DNA of 64,000 bases. Source: an uncultured cyanobacterium. Its GTDB lineage: Bacteria > Cyanobacteriota > Cyanobacteriia > Pseudanabaenales > Pseudanabaenaceae. A program made the translations under genes and the position numbers. Below, one piece after another: positions 20,701 through 29,573 of this stretch. Location: positions 4,160,001 to 4,224,000 of the forward strand of contig OY969811.1 in assembly GCA_963703315.1 (NCBI GenBank). Reading direction: 5' to 3'. The notes below the pieces were generated by a model, which was not told where the DNA came from, did no database searches, and saw only the letters and a program-made list of their open reading frames with translations. Numbering within the stretch: position 1 is the first letter of the stretch; every line of letters begins with the position of its first letter.

Positions 20701-22699
20701 GCTCACAGGGCTATTGCGCTATCAGCGATCGGGTATTGCTAACCAAACGATCAATAATTTTGGTGATACCTCTAGTCTACGTTTGGGACTCGCCTATCGC
20801 GATCCTGCCAATGATGCGTTTAATGCCCTATTGCGCTATGAGTATCGCCAGAACCCTAGCATTATTCCTGAAAGCTTTATAGGAGGAATTGGTTCAGGAA
20901 CTGAAGAACAAGTCCTCGCTCTTGAAGCAATCTATTCACCAAACTGGCAATGGGAATTTTACGGAAAATATGCTCTTCGCAATAATACTTCTTACTTGGC
21001 GAAGGACTTAATTGGAACTTCGTCAATTAATTTGGCACAGCTACGAGCGACCTATCGCCTTGGCTATAACTTCGATCTCACGGCTGAAGGTAGAATGATC
21101 AACCAGCCCACAGCAGGATTTAATGAAGTTGGCTTTGTCGCGGAGCTAGGCTATTATGCTACACCCAACTTGCGCCTAGCTGCGGGCTATAGTTCGGGTA
21201 CGGTCAATAACGATCGCGACTTTAGTGGTACACGCTCAGCAGGTGGACTGTATGCAGCAATTACATTTAAACTCAATGAGCTATTTGATGGATTTGGGTT
21301 ACAAAAAATTGCACCACCACAGCAAAAGGAACCACTCGATCCTACTACTCCCATTGAGTTACCTAATGCTAAAAAATCTGGTGTGACAACGGCTGCGCTT
21401 CCTAGCAATATGTCTGAGGTGGTGAGAGTTTCCCTTGCTCAGACTGTGGAATTCCCCACGGCGCAAGTTGATTTATCACCTATTAACCAAGTGGTTTTAG
21501 ATAATTTGGTTACGGTCTTACGCGAATATCCTGCCCTGAATATTGATGTCCAAGGTCGTTTGGCATCGCTCACAGAAGTTACGACTAACAGTCCTGATGC
21601 TCAACGACTTGGTAAGGTGCGAGCGTACCTACTCAAGCGTGGGGTTGATGGTAGTCGGATTACCATGCGATCGCTTGGTGCTATAGAAACTGCCGATAAG
21701 CCTCAAGTTCTACTAGCCCTTGGTGGGACAAGAGAGACTTTTACGCAAATATCGAATCGGATCAAGGAGGGCAATGGCAGTAGCATTCTTCAGAATGTTT
21801 TGCCTAGTGACTTGTCCAATGTATCTTCTAATTCACCCATTGCGGCTGCACCTCTTCGAGTTCAAGCGATTTCACAACGGATTGAGTTTGCTCCTATTGG
21901 TAAAATGACTGATCCGAGCAATGCCAATTTGGATTTGTTAATCAGTCTGATTGTTGATACCCCAGAGGTTGTAATCGAGTTACAAGGTAATCTGGATGGC
22001 TCAGAACTTGAGGTCAATCGCTTGATGGGACTACGCAGTTATCTGCTGCAAAAGGGCATTGCTAGCGATCGCATTTTGATTAGTCCAGCCAATAGCAATA
22101 TTGCTAATAGTGATACCGCTAATAGCATTACACTCACCCTTGCAAACTTGGAAGGATTGCCGATCGCCCAATTGCCTAACGATTCTGCACCTGCGAAACC
22201 GATCGCCCAGCAAGGTAATGGTAATCGCCTGAGCTTAAATCTCCCGAATTTGGAAATAACGCCATCTTCTTTACTCAGTCAGCTTCTCGACTCTGAAAAC
22301 TATAGCCGTCAGGTTTTGGGATTATTGCCTAGTCCACAACTGCTAACGATGCTTTTAGAGCCACAAACTCAACCAACTCTGCTATCAACTAACTTCTCCA
22401 CGCTCCTATCGGGCTTCCCGTCACCTGAAAATGCACCGCGTTGGTCATCGATACCTGCAACCCAAATTTTATCTCTCCTATTGCCTGATCCAAATGCAGC
22501 ACCAGAGAGACAGCCAGACTTGATTGCCGAAGATTCTCAGCGTGACTTGAGTACTCGCCGCTTAGTATCAGCCTTGAACTTCCTGTTAAGTCGCGATCGC
22601 GATGTGCTGACAGCTTTGTTGCGATCGCTCAATGAGTCGCAACCTGAACTACGCGGCGAAGTCATCCGACCTGAATTATTTGAAGAGGGACAACCATGA
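17711..22699 (+). CDS. Large outer-membrane protein D: Ig/invasin-like domain (IPADGR), predicted beta-barrel and degenerate OmpA-like domains
   Basis: Signal peptide; YPVYGDSS and DYEIDYDRG motifs; long run of amphipathic aromatic-ended strands ending LYAAITFKL; two OmpA-like segments (VRAYLLKRGVDGSRI, LRSYLLQKGIASDRI). Confidence 0.72.
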   Translation: MKYLLKTNLKSQLWLHLLGFISLWLGMTASSAIASNAISDSQASSLATDQLSLTPDSHHANAEPTVQIAVQTTQPESSSNQPPNQPPNQPPNQPENNVTSPKLPTVNKDQSASQVTILFPVNTSLMDVPATAVILRIPVGREVELSVNGRKVNPNAIGRSEVDTNAGVVTQTWYGVTLDEGENKITAKLAGSDASQSVIVRLRSAAAKIQVSTLESSIPADGRTTATVQGLLLDEKGDRSNRSAFITLTTSEGEFIGNDAQPDQPGFQVEAREGKFSATLRSGLTSGNVRIRASSVINNREIEAFTRIQLETNLRPSILTGVVSLRIGARGTDYYRSFRDFLPTDGNNSSNVDFYAAAFGTGRVGEWLITGAFNTRRTLNEDCEGRSRLFRDVQFCQQVYPVYGDSSTLTTETPSLTSVFLRAERTSPVPRAGTDFLMWGDFRTEEFASRSQEFTAFTRQLNGLKFNYNFGDLQATGLYSNNTRGFQRDIIPPDGTSGFFFLSRRLVTPGSENVFVESEELLRPGNIVRRVKLDRSQDYEIDYDRGSLQFRQPILQTDIGTGGETLVRRIIVSYEYDNEGGTSNGSNNNSIYAAQLRYHFNREIGAESWLGANYFKENQGARDFQLYGANALISFGKSSYIIAEYARSQNNSSDLPAPVTGSAFRFEAVSEFIQGITAKAFYRQADTGFVNNATISFVPGQTRLGVSLDAKLSDATTLRASYEREENRGIAPQPFTLTNFLELNPQSPAGTPVDNRLSTFTVGFLQKLGAATAELDFLMRDRQDNLNSTFSGASSQLRSRFTLPILDNLKFIAQNEISLSNAPDTILPDRTALVLDWQVMDGISLRLGQQWFSSGVLAGSTFTTGEVVGNYKLFPDTTLLGRYTLVGGANTTSTQGAIGFNQRWVISPGLRVDFGYERIFGNDQVRNSAGVTQVLQPLTTGSNTSTLALQSGDNYNIGFEYTDNPDFKASARYEYRNSSAGANSVINASALGKITPALTGLLRYQRSGIANQTINNFGDTSSLRLGLAYRDPANDAFNALLRYEYRQNPSIIPESFIGGIGSGTEEQVLALEAIYSPNWQWEFYGKYALRNNTSYLAKDLIGTSSINLAQLRATYRLGYNFDLTAEGRMINQPTAGFNEVGFVAELGYYATPNLRLAAGYSSGTVNNDRDFSGTRSAGGLYAAITFKLNELFDGFGLQKIAPPQQKEPLDPTTPIELPNAKKSGVTTAALPSNMSEVVRVSLAQTVEFPTAQVDLSPINQVVLDNLVTVLREYPALNIDVQGRLASLTEVTTNSPDAQRLGKVRAYLLKRGVDGSRITMRSLGAIETADKPQVLLALGGTRETFTQISNRIKEGNGSSILQNVLPSDLSNVSSNSPIAAAPLRVQAISQRIEFAPIGKMTDPSNANLDLLISLIVDTPEVVIELQGNLDGSELEVNRLMGLRSYLLQKGIASDRILISPANSNIANSDTANSITLTLANLEGLPIAQLPNDSAPAKPIAQQGNGNRLSLNLPNLEITPSSLLSQLLDSENYSRQVLGLLPSPQLLTMLLEPQTQPTLLSTNFSTLLSGFPSPENAPRWSSIPATQILSLLLPDPNAAPERQPDLIAEDSQRDLSTRRLVSALNFLLSRDRDVLTALLRSLNESQPELRGEVIRPELFEEGQP

Positions 22700-22756
22700 A
22701 CCAAAGATTTACCCTCGTTATTTTAATGATGGCAGAGTTTCTAGCATTGTCTCTTA

Positions 22757-25700
22757 ATGAGCGATCGCTTATGTCAACGTAATCATCACCATAAACATCA
22801 CCATAAACATCCTCAGTACAACTTAGAAAGTCGAACATATATGAAAAGCAACGTTAAAGCCATAGTGCAGTCGATATTGCGCTTGGGTCGGAGAATACAG
22901 CGATCTTTTATTTTAATAGGACAACCATTAGGTCAAATTTTCCCGAACCGACAATATCGTTTGAGTGCGGTTTTATTTGGATTGTCTTTTCTCATGGCAT
23001 TGGGATTTTCGCTAACCAATCAACCCAATCCTGCCTATGCAGCAGCAGCAGTATCGAAAGTATTTGCGCCCAACGTAGTTAATCCTGGGGAAAAGTCTCG
23101 AGCCACCATCACAATTACAAATAACAATAATTTTGATCTAACCAATGCAGGTATTACTGATGCCATGCCTAGTGCAATCAAAATTTATAATCCCGCTAGT
23201 GCTACGACCACTTGCGGGGCTGGAATTGTCACAGCAACACCTGGTGGGAGTACTGTAACCTTAAGCAGTGGTACAGTCCCAGCCACCGTAGGAGCAACAA
23301 CTGGTACTTGTACGATTAGCTTTGATGTCTATTCCAATGCCTCTGGAACTACTCAAAATAGTAATATCCCCGCAGGTAGTTTAACGAATACTCAAAATGA
23401 TACTAACGGCAACCTTGACGTTACTTTAACCATTCGTCCCATTACCTACTCTTCCGTAACTGGATCTAAATCCTTCGCACCAGCTTCATTTGCTGCAACG
23501 GGATCTAGTACTGCCACCATTACCCTAACTAACCCTAATGCCGTAGCTATGGATGGGGCAACTTTAATTGATGACCTCAACTTAGTTGGCGCAGGTTTAA
23601 CCGTACAGGGTAGTCCTAGTTCTACTTGTTTAGGAACTAATGGCACTGTCAGTAATACTGCTACTACAGTCACATTAAATAATGGGCGCATTCCTGCTAA
23701 CAGTAGCTGTACAATCACCTTCAGTGTGACGGGGACAATTCCCGCTACCTACACTAATAGGATTCCCGCTAATGCTCTAAGTACGTTTCAAGGGGCAACT
23801 AATAATGCTCAATTCGAACAAAATGTAACTATTACCGAGCCTGTGTCCCTTGCAAAATCATTTTCTGTTAGTCCGATCAAGCAAGGAGATATCAGCCGCG
23901 CCACCGTCACCATCACCAACAACAGCACATCGCAACTTACAAATTTAACTGTCCCTGATAACCTTGCTAGTCCAGGTTCAGGACTACTATATCGCAGTGA
24001 CCTAGCCCCCTCAACAACCTGCACAGGCGGATCAGTAGCTGTTACTGGTGCTTCAGGCACAGCCGCAACGATCACCCTCCAGAATGCAACTCTAAACGCA
24101 GGGGCTTCTTGTGCCTTCAGTTTTGACGTGACCTCAAATAGCCTCGGTAATCGCACTAATACAGTTTTAGCAACTGCTGTTAATAACAATCTAGCTCTCA
24201 GACCAGTAAATAACGGCACGGCAACCCTCGTAGTCAATCCGTTGCTCACAATCAATAAGTCTTACAGCGCAACTGTGCCAAGCAGCAATACCACCGTATC
24301 TGTTGGTGAAACGACTAATCTCTTCATCGACATTACTAATCCCCCTACCAGTAATGTTGATCCCGTCAATATCACTAGTATGACCGATGCTTTTAATACC
24401 TCTGGACGAGTTGTTCTAGTCACTACAGGGGTTGGCGCGGGGACTTCAAGTTGCGGCGGCACAATTACTGGCACAAGTTCCAATGCCTTTACTTTTAGTG
24501 GTGGTGCGATCGCCAGAGGCGCAACCTGTAGACTCACAATTCCCATTCGTGGAAGTACTTCTGGCTCAACCACTAACGACATCCCTGCAAACAATATAAC
24601 CAGTACTCAAGGAGTAAGTAACGTTGCTTCCAACACTCCTACAATTACAGTTAACTCACCTTTCACAGTGCAGAAGGTATACGGAACTCCTGCCCCCAGA
24701 CAGGGTGATCCCACTTTACTGACTATTACCCTCAGAAATCGCAGTACTCTACCAGCAACAAACGTCAGCCTCACTGATACCTTAGACTCACGGTTACGGA
24801 TCGTCTCACCCGCAACACCTGGTTTGATTACTACTGGCGTAGTAACTGCCCCCGCTACCACCTGTGGTGGCATATTAACTGCTCCTCTGAATACTGGCGG
24901 TCCTACAATTTCTCTGACTGGCGGCACTATTCCCGCAGGGACAGCAAGCACTCCCACTTCTTGTACGATCACCTTCTATGTCCAGACTGATGTACTCCCC
25001 GTCGATGCGACAGTCCCACCCCTAGCAACCGCAGGTACATATCGCAACACAATTCCTTTAGCAACGACAACCGCCGACTATGGCAGTGGACCAAGCCCTG
25101 CTGTAGTGGAATCGGCTAACTCCAACCGCGCCGACCTAACACCAACAGGAGCGTTGGATATTAGCAATAAGCAGGTTGCTAACTCTCCCTACACCACTTT
25201 TGTCGGCAACGTTACAACCAACATTAATACTCCTATTGCGGTTCGAATCACTTTACGAAATAGATCAGCAAACTTAAATCTCGCAGGATTAAATTTGACT
25301 GACAGCTTTCCGACCGCAGCCAATGGTGGGGGATTTGTGTTGTATCGACCTGGTGCAGCACCTTTCGAGCCTAGCACTACCTGTAATTACTTGAGTACCC
25401 CCGTATTCACTGGTACTAATGGCGGCACGAGCTTGGCAATGGCATCGGGGGGATTACAGAGTGCCGCTTCTATTGGTGGTAACAGAACTTGTACGATTAC
25501 TTTTTATGTAATCGCTACCCAAGAAGGTGGGACTACAGGGACTGCTTATAACAATACGTTACCCATTGGCAGCGTCAAAGCCACCAACACTAGTGTGGTC
25601 ACAGGTCAAGCCGACAATATTTACAGTACTGATACTGCCCCCGATACGGCTTCAGCTACAGCCAACTCACCGCTAACCATTGGGAAAGCCTTCAGTGTCG

Positions 25701-28700
25701 CCAGTACTTCCATTAACACTAATGCCACAGCTACTATCACCTTAACCAACAACTATGCAGCTATCGCAGTAGCTCCCAACGCTAATAGTTTAACTAATCT
25801 AGGATTCACAGATACTTTACCTGCTAACCTCAGAGCCGTAGCAGGTACTACTGGAGGTACTTGTGTAACAGCCAGAGGCGGTACAGCAGACATCATCAAA
25901 GACGTTGCTCTTAATCAAGATCGCGTCACTTTGACTGGTACAACCCTCCCCCAAGGACAAAGCTGTACAGTCACCTTCACAGTCACATCTAGCAATGTTG
26001 CCGCTTTTACCAATACCATCAACCGCAGCACCGAAGTTACTAACGCTCAATCTTTACCAGCACAGGCAAATGCCACCGCCAATATTAGTTTTATTGCGGG
26101 TCTAAGTGTCACCAAAACCTTTGACAATCTGGCTTCGCAAACTATTCTTGCAGGGCAAACCTCAGTATTGAGAATCGCGATTAATAACACCAGTGGTCAA
26201 AACCTAGCCGCCGTTAGTCTAGATGATAATCTTCCTGCCAATGTCCTGATTGCCTCACCCGCCAATGCTTCGGCTACAGCCGCTTGTGGCTCACCCACCC
26301 TGACCGCAGATCCCAACACCAATCTTGTGCGGATCACCAATGCCTCAATTAACAATACTCAAACCTGTACGGTAGCGGTAACAGTCATTAGCAGCGTCAC
26401 CAGTACTGGCTATGTAAATACTATTCCTGCCAATGCCGTCAATACGGGAGTAGGCGTAACTAATACCAGCCCTGCCACAGCTACCCTAATTGTCACAAGT
26501 CCTCTAAGTATCACAAAATCCTTTAACTCTTCTACGATTGGAGGAAATGGAACTTCTACGGTTACATTGACCATTGCGAACCGATTCCCTGGAGTAGTAG
26601 ATTTCACCAGTACTCCTGTTGGTCTGACAGATACTTGGGCAGCAGCAAACATCCAAATTGCCAATCCTCCCAATGCTTCGACAACTTGTGCAGGTGGTAC
26701 GGTTAATGCGATCGCAGGTCAAAAGACTGTCACCTTAAGCGGTGGACAAATTCTGGCAGGCTCAGTAACTACTCCTAGCACTTGTTTAGTGCAGTTTGAT
26801 GTAGTTGCTACTGCGGCTACTCCCACTCCCTTCACAAATACAATTCCTGCTAACAACCTCAGTACAGTTCAAGGCTTTACCAATAGCACAGCCGCCACAG
26901 CTAACCTCACAATAACTAGCTATAACCTGATTGTTGGTAAATCCTTTAACCCATCGACCGTTGATGGTGGTACACCCACAGTTCTCAAAATTGATATTGA
27001 AAATCCTAGTACTGGTATTCCCCTCACTAACTTGAGATTTGTAGACAATATGCCTGCGGGGATGATTGTTTACTCAGTCCCCAATCCGATTGTGTCCGCG
27101 AACTGTCCAGGGGGTGTAGTCAGCGCGACCCCTGGGGCTGGAAGCTTTAGCTTTAGCGGTGGTTCTTTAGCTCCCAATCAAACCTGTACGATTACACTTA
27201 ATGTGACATCAGTACAGCAAGGAACTTTAACCAACTCGATTCCACCTTCTAACTTTGGTACTAATCAAGGCATTCTCACCAAGGAAGGTATTGGCTATCC
27301 ATCCACAGTGGCGGCTAACTTCTCTGTGTTGCCATCAGCAGAGTTTTCTAAAGAGTTTGATCTACCTAGTATTCCCCCTGGTGGTGTAAGCACACTAAAA
27401 ATTAGTGTGGCTAATACTGCCATTTCGGTCAATCTGACAGGAATGAATTTCCAAGACAATTTACCTACTGGTTTGATTGTTGCTCCTATTCCAAACATTC
27501 AGAATAATGGTTGTAATGGCACGATTACTGCTAATGCTGGCTCTAGCTTGATTCAGTTGGCAGGAGGTTCACTTCTTGCTAGTTCGAGTTGTTCAATTCA
27601 GGTAGATGTTACAGCCGCTAGTTCTGGTATATACAACAACACTATTCCTTCTGGCAATTTACAAACTACTCAGAACATTACCAATAAACAACCTGCAACT
27701 ACTTTATTCCCAGTACAGCCACAGCCCAATATTGCTAAGATTTTTAATCCTAGTACTTCACCTGTTGGTGGAACATCGCAAATGACAATTACAATTACCA
27801 ATCCGCATACGGCTGGTTTAGTAAATGTCAATCTCGATGACAATTTACCAGCTAACTTGGTCATTGCTCCGACAGCAGGAGCGACAACTACCTGCGGTGG
27901 TTCCCTTACTGCTGTAAGTAATACATCCCTAGTTCGATTGACTAACGGTAGTATCACCGCTAATAACAGTTGTACAATTCAAGTGAATGTGACTTCTGGA
28001 GTTGGTGGTAGCTATACAAATACGATTCCAGCTAGGGCTTTAACTTCATCAGTGGTCAATGGTGCGAATCCCCCAATACCAGGTCCTAGCAATGCAAATC
28101 CTGCGAGTGCTACGTTAGTTTTTGGAACAACTTCAATTAGTAAGTCATTTGCTCCTACCACGATTAGTCAGAATGGAATTTCTACGCTGACACTGCAACT
28201 GAACAACAACACTGGGGTGACGTTGACTTTGACAAGCGCCTTGGTGGATACCTTGCCCTCTAATGTATTAGTGGCAGCGACACCTAACATTGGCGGAACT
28301 TGCACAACTGCTAATGTGGTTGCTAATGCTAATGGCAATACCATTACTTACAACAATGGCTCAACAATCCCAAATGGAGGTTGTACGATCTCGGTACAGG
28401 TTACGTCGGCAACTAATGGAGTATATGTAAATACAATACCTGCCAATGGATTGCAGACCACAGGTGGTAACAACCCCTCCTCTGCTACTGCCTCGTTAAC
28501 AGTTCAAGGTGGAGCACCAAACGTGGTTTTGGTAAAACGAATCACGCGCATTAATGGTAATGATTTTAATGTTTACGAGAATGATCCCCTTACCACGAAT
28601 GATGACAATACGAACAACTGGCCGACACCTCTAAGTGATTCCCTAAGGGGTGTAATCTCGCAAACCAATGTTCGTCCGCAAGATGAGGTAGAGTACACGA

Positions 28701-29140
28701 TTTACTATCTCAATATTGGTTTAAATTATGCAGAGAGCTTAAGGATCTGTGACCCTGTGCCTACTAATACCAGCTATATCGCCAATGCTTTTAATGGCTC
28801 TACACCTACCGATGGTGGGTTGCCTGCGGATTTGGGTATTGCTTTACAAACAGGTACAACTGTAGCCGATCGCCGATTCCTCACGGGGATAAATGATGGC
28901 GATCGCGGTCGATATTACGATCCTCTATTGAGTGAAGTACCCGCAGGATTACCTCCAGAGCGCTGTGTTGATCCGAACAATACATCGGTGGCGATCTCTA
29001 GCAATCCCAATGGCATCGTGGCAGTTAATGTCACACGTACTACAGGTACGCCAACTTTTCCCTCGGTTCCCAATGCCACAGGTGCAGGTGTTCCACCTAG
29101 TTCCTATGGATTTGTGAGATTTAGAGTACGAGTACGTTAG
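22757..29140 (+). CDS. Giant secreted adhesin E: 13 Cys-paired DUF11-like Ig repeats plus a C-terminal DUF11-type domain
   Basis: Extended signal peptide ending PAYA/A; 13 repeats of K-x-F..T-I-T-x-x-N..D-x-L-P..C..C-T-I-x-F..N-T-I-P; ends FVRFRVRVR; start may be 22841. Confidence 0.8.
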   Translation: MSDRLCQRNHHHKHHHKHPQYNLESRTYMKSNVKAIVQSILRLGRRIQRSFILIGQPLGQIFPNRQYRLSAVLFGLSFLMALGFSLTNQPNPAYAAAAVSKVFAPNVVNPGEKSRATITITNNNNFDLTNAGITDAMPSAIKIYNPASATTTCGAGIVTATPGGSTVTLSSGTVPATVGATTGTCTISFDVYSNASGTTQNSNIPAGSLTNTQNDTNGNLDVTLTIRPITYSSVTGSKSFAPASFAATGSSTATITLTNPNAVAMDGATLIDDLNLVGAGLTVQGSPSSTCLGTNGTVSNTATTVTLNNGRIPANSSCTITFSVTGTIPATYTNRIPANALSTFQGATNNAQFEQNVTITEPVSLAKSFSVSPIKQGDISRATVTITNNSTSQLTNLTVPDNLASPGSGLLYRSDLAPSTTCTGGSVAVTGASGTAATITLQNATLNAGASCAFSFDVTSNSLGNRTNTVLATAVNNNLALRPVNNGTATLVVNPLLTINKSYSATVPSSNTTVSVGETTNLFIDITNPPTSNVDPVNITSMTDAFNTSGRVVLVTTGVGAGTSSCGGTITGTSSNAFTFSGGAIARGATCRLTIPIRGSTSGSTTNDIPANNITSTQGVSNVASNTPTITVNSPFTVQKVYGTPAPRQGDPTLLTITLRNRSTLPATNVSLTDTLDSRLRIVSPATPGLITTGVVTAPATTCGGILTAPLNTGGPTISLTGGTIPAGTASTPTSCTITFYVQTDVLPVDATVPPLATAGTYRNTIPLATTTADYGSGPSPAVVESANSNRADLTPTGALDISNKQVANSPYTTFVGNVTTNINTPIAVRITLRNRSANLNLAGLNLTDSFPTAANGGGFVLYRPGAAPFEPSTTCNYLSTPVFTGTNGGTSLAMASGGLQSAASIGGNRTCTITFYVIATQEGGTTGTAYNNTLPIGSVKATNTSVVTGQADNIYSTDTAPDTASATANSPLTIGKAFSVASTSINTNATATITLTNNYAAIAVAPNANSLTNLGFTDTLPANLRAVAGTTGGTCVTARGGTADIIKDVALNQDRVTLTGTTLPQGQSCTVTFTVTSSNVAAFTNTINRSTEVTNAQSLPAQANATANISFIAGLSVTKTFDNLASQTILAGQTSVLRIAINNTSGQNLAAVSLDDNLPANVLIASPANASATAACGSPTLTADPNTNLVRITNASINNTQTCTVAVTVISSVTSTGYVNTIPANAVNTGVGVTNTSPATATLIVTSPLSITKSFNSSTIGGNGTSTVTLTIANRFPGVVDFTSTPVGLTDTWAAANIQIANPPNASTTCAGGTVNAIAGQKTVTLSGGQILAGSVTTPSTCLVQFDVVATAATPTPFTNTIPANNLSTVQGFTNSTAATANLTITSYNLIVGKSFNPSTVDGGTPTVLKIDIENPSTGIPLTNLRFVDNMPAGMIVYSVPNPIVSANCPGGVVSATPGAGSFSFSGGSLAPNQTCTITLNVTSVQQGTLTNSIPPSNFGTNQGILTKEGIGYPSTVAANFSVLPSAEFSKEFDLPSIPPGGVSTLKISVANTAISVNLTGMNFQDNLPTGLIVAPIPNIQNNGCNGTITANAGSSLIQLAGGSLLASSSCSIQVDVTAASSGIYNNTIPSGNLQTTQNITNKQPATTLFPVQPQPNIAKIFNPSTSPVGGTSQMTITITNPHTAGLVNVNLDDNLPANLVIAPTAGATTTCGGSLTAVSNTSLVRLTNGSITANNSCTIQVNVTSGVGGSYTNTIPARALTSSVVNGANPPIPGPSNANPASATLVFGTTSISKSFAPTTISQNGISTLTLQLNNNTGVTLTLTSALVDTLPSNVLVAATPNIGGTCTTANVVANANGNTITYNNGSTIPNGGCTISVQVTSATNGVYVNTIPANGLQTTGGNNPSSATASLTVQGGAPNVVLVKRITRINGNDFNVYENDPLTTNDDNTNNWPTPLSDSLRGVISQTNVRPQDEVEYTIYYLNIGLNYAESLRICDPVPTNTSYIANAFNGSTPTDGGLPADLGIALQTGTTVADRRFLTGINDGDRGRYYDPLLSEVPAGLPPERCVDPNNTSVAISSNPNGIVAVNVTRTTGTPTFPSVPNATGAGVPPSSYGFVRFRVRVR

Positions 29141-29160
29141 TCTAGGTCGGCTCTATGACA

Positions 29161-29203
29161 AGAAAAAGCCCACCATAATAATTAATTATGGTGGGCTTTT
29201 TCT
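29161..29203. terminator. Bidirectional intrinsic terminator between the adhesin gene and rpmJ2
   Basis: AGAAAAAGCCCACCATAAT..ATTATGGTGGGCTTTTTCT, with A/T tails on both sides between convergent genes. Confidence 0.8.
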
Positions 29204-29230
29204 TTTTGATAAATAACGACAAGTCGTTGA

Positions 29231-29356
29231 TTATCCTTGACGAGCTTTGAACTTTGGGTTTGTCTTACAAATGACATATATTCTGCCGCGACGACGTACA
29301 ACTTTGCAGTCTTTATGGCGAGTTTTTGCCGATCTGAGGGAGCTAACAACTTTCAT
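29231..29356 (-). CDS. ykgO: 50S ribosomal protein L36, type B (zinc-independent, YkgO-like); absent from the ORF track
   Basis: Manual translation: [41 protein letters not shown] (41 aa). Confidence 0.93.
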   Translation of the reverse strand: MKVVSSLRSAKTRHKDCKVVRRRGRIYVICKTNPKFKARQG

Positions 29357-29430
29357 GGATTAATCCCTAACGCTTACTTATGCTAAAAATTTTCACACGG
29401 CTTTTAATTCTAACATGATTATTGACCAGA

Positions 29431-29497
29431 CATTAAAGCCAATTTAAAGATAGCGCTTAGCACTATCTTTAGATTGGCTTTTAAATTGGCTTTAATG
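29431..29497. repeat. Nested inverted repeat between rpmJ2 and the wecA-like gene
   Basis: CATTAAAGCCAATTTAAA...TTTAAATTGGCTTTAATG surrounding GATAGCGCTTAGCACTATC. Confidence 0.65.
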
Positions 29498-29573
29498 GTT
29501 GTGTTTAGCCAATCCAATGCTATGCTTGCAAGCATAAATTTGCCCAATCCCAATAATCAATTTTATTTCTGTA

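Noticed and set aside
23446..27957. Many antisense ORFs inside the adhesin gene (and inside other long genes)
   Set aside because: Shadow frames produced by Thr/Asn/Ala/Gly-rich codon usage; no recognisable motifs.
29405..29430. Zur box upstream of the L36 paralog (AACATGATTATTG)
   Set aside because: Only a half-site resemblance to TGATAATNATTATCA in AT-rich DNA; insufficient support.
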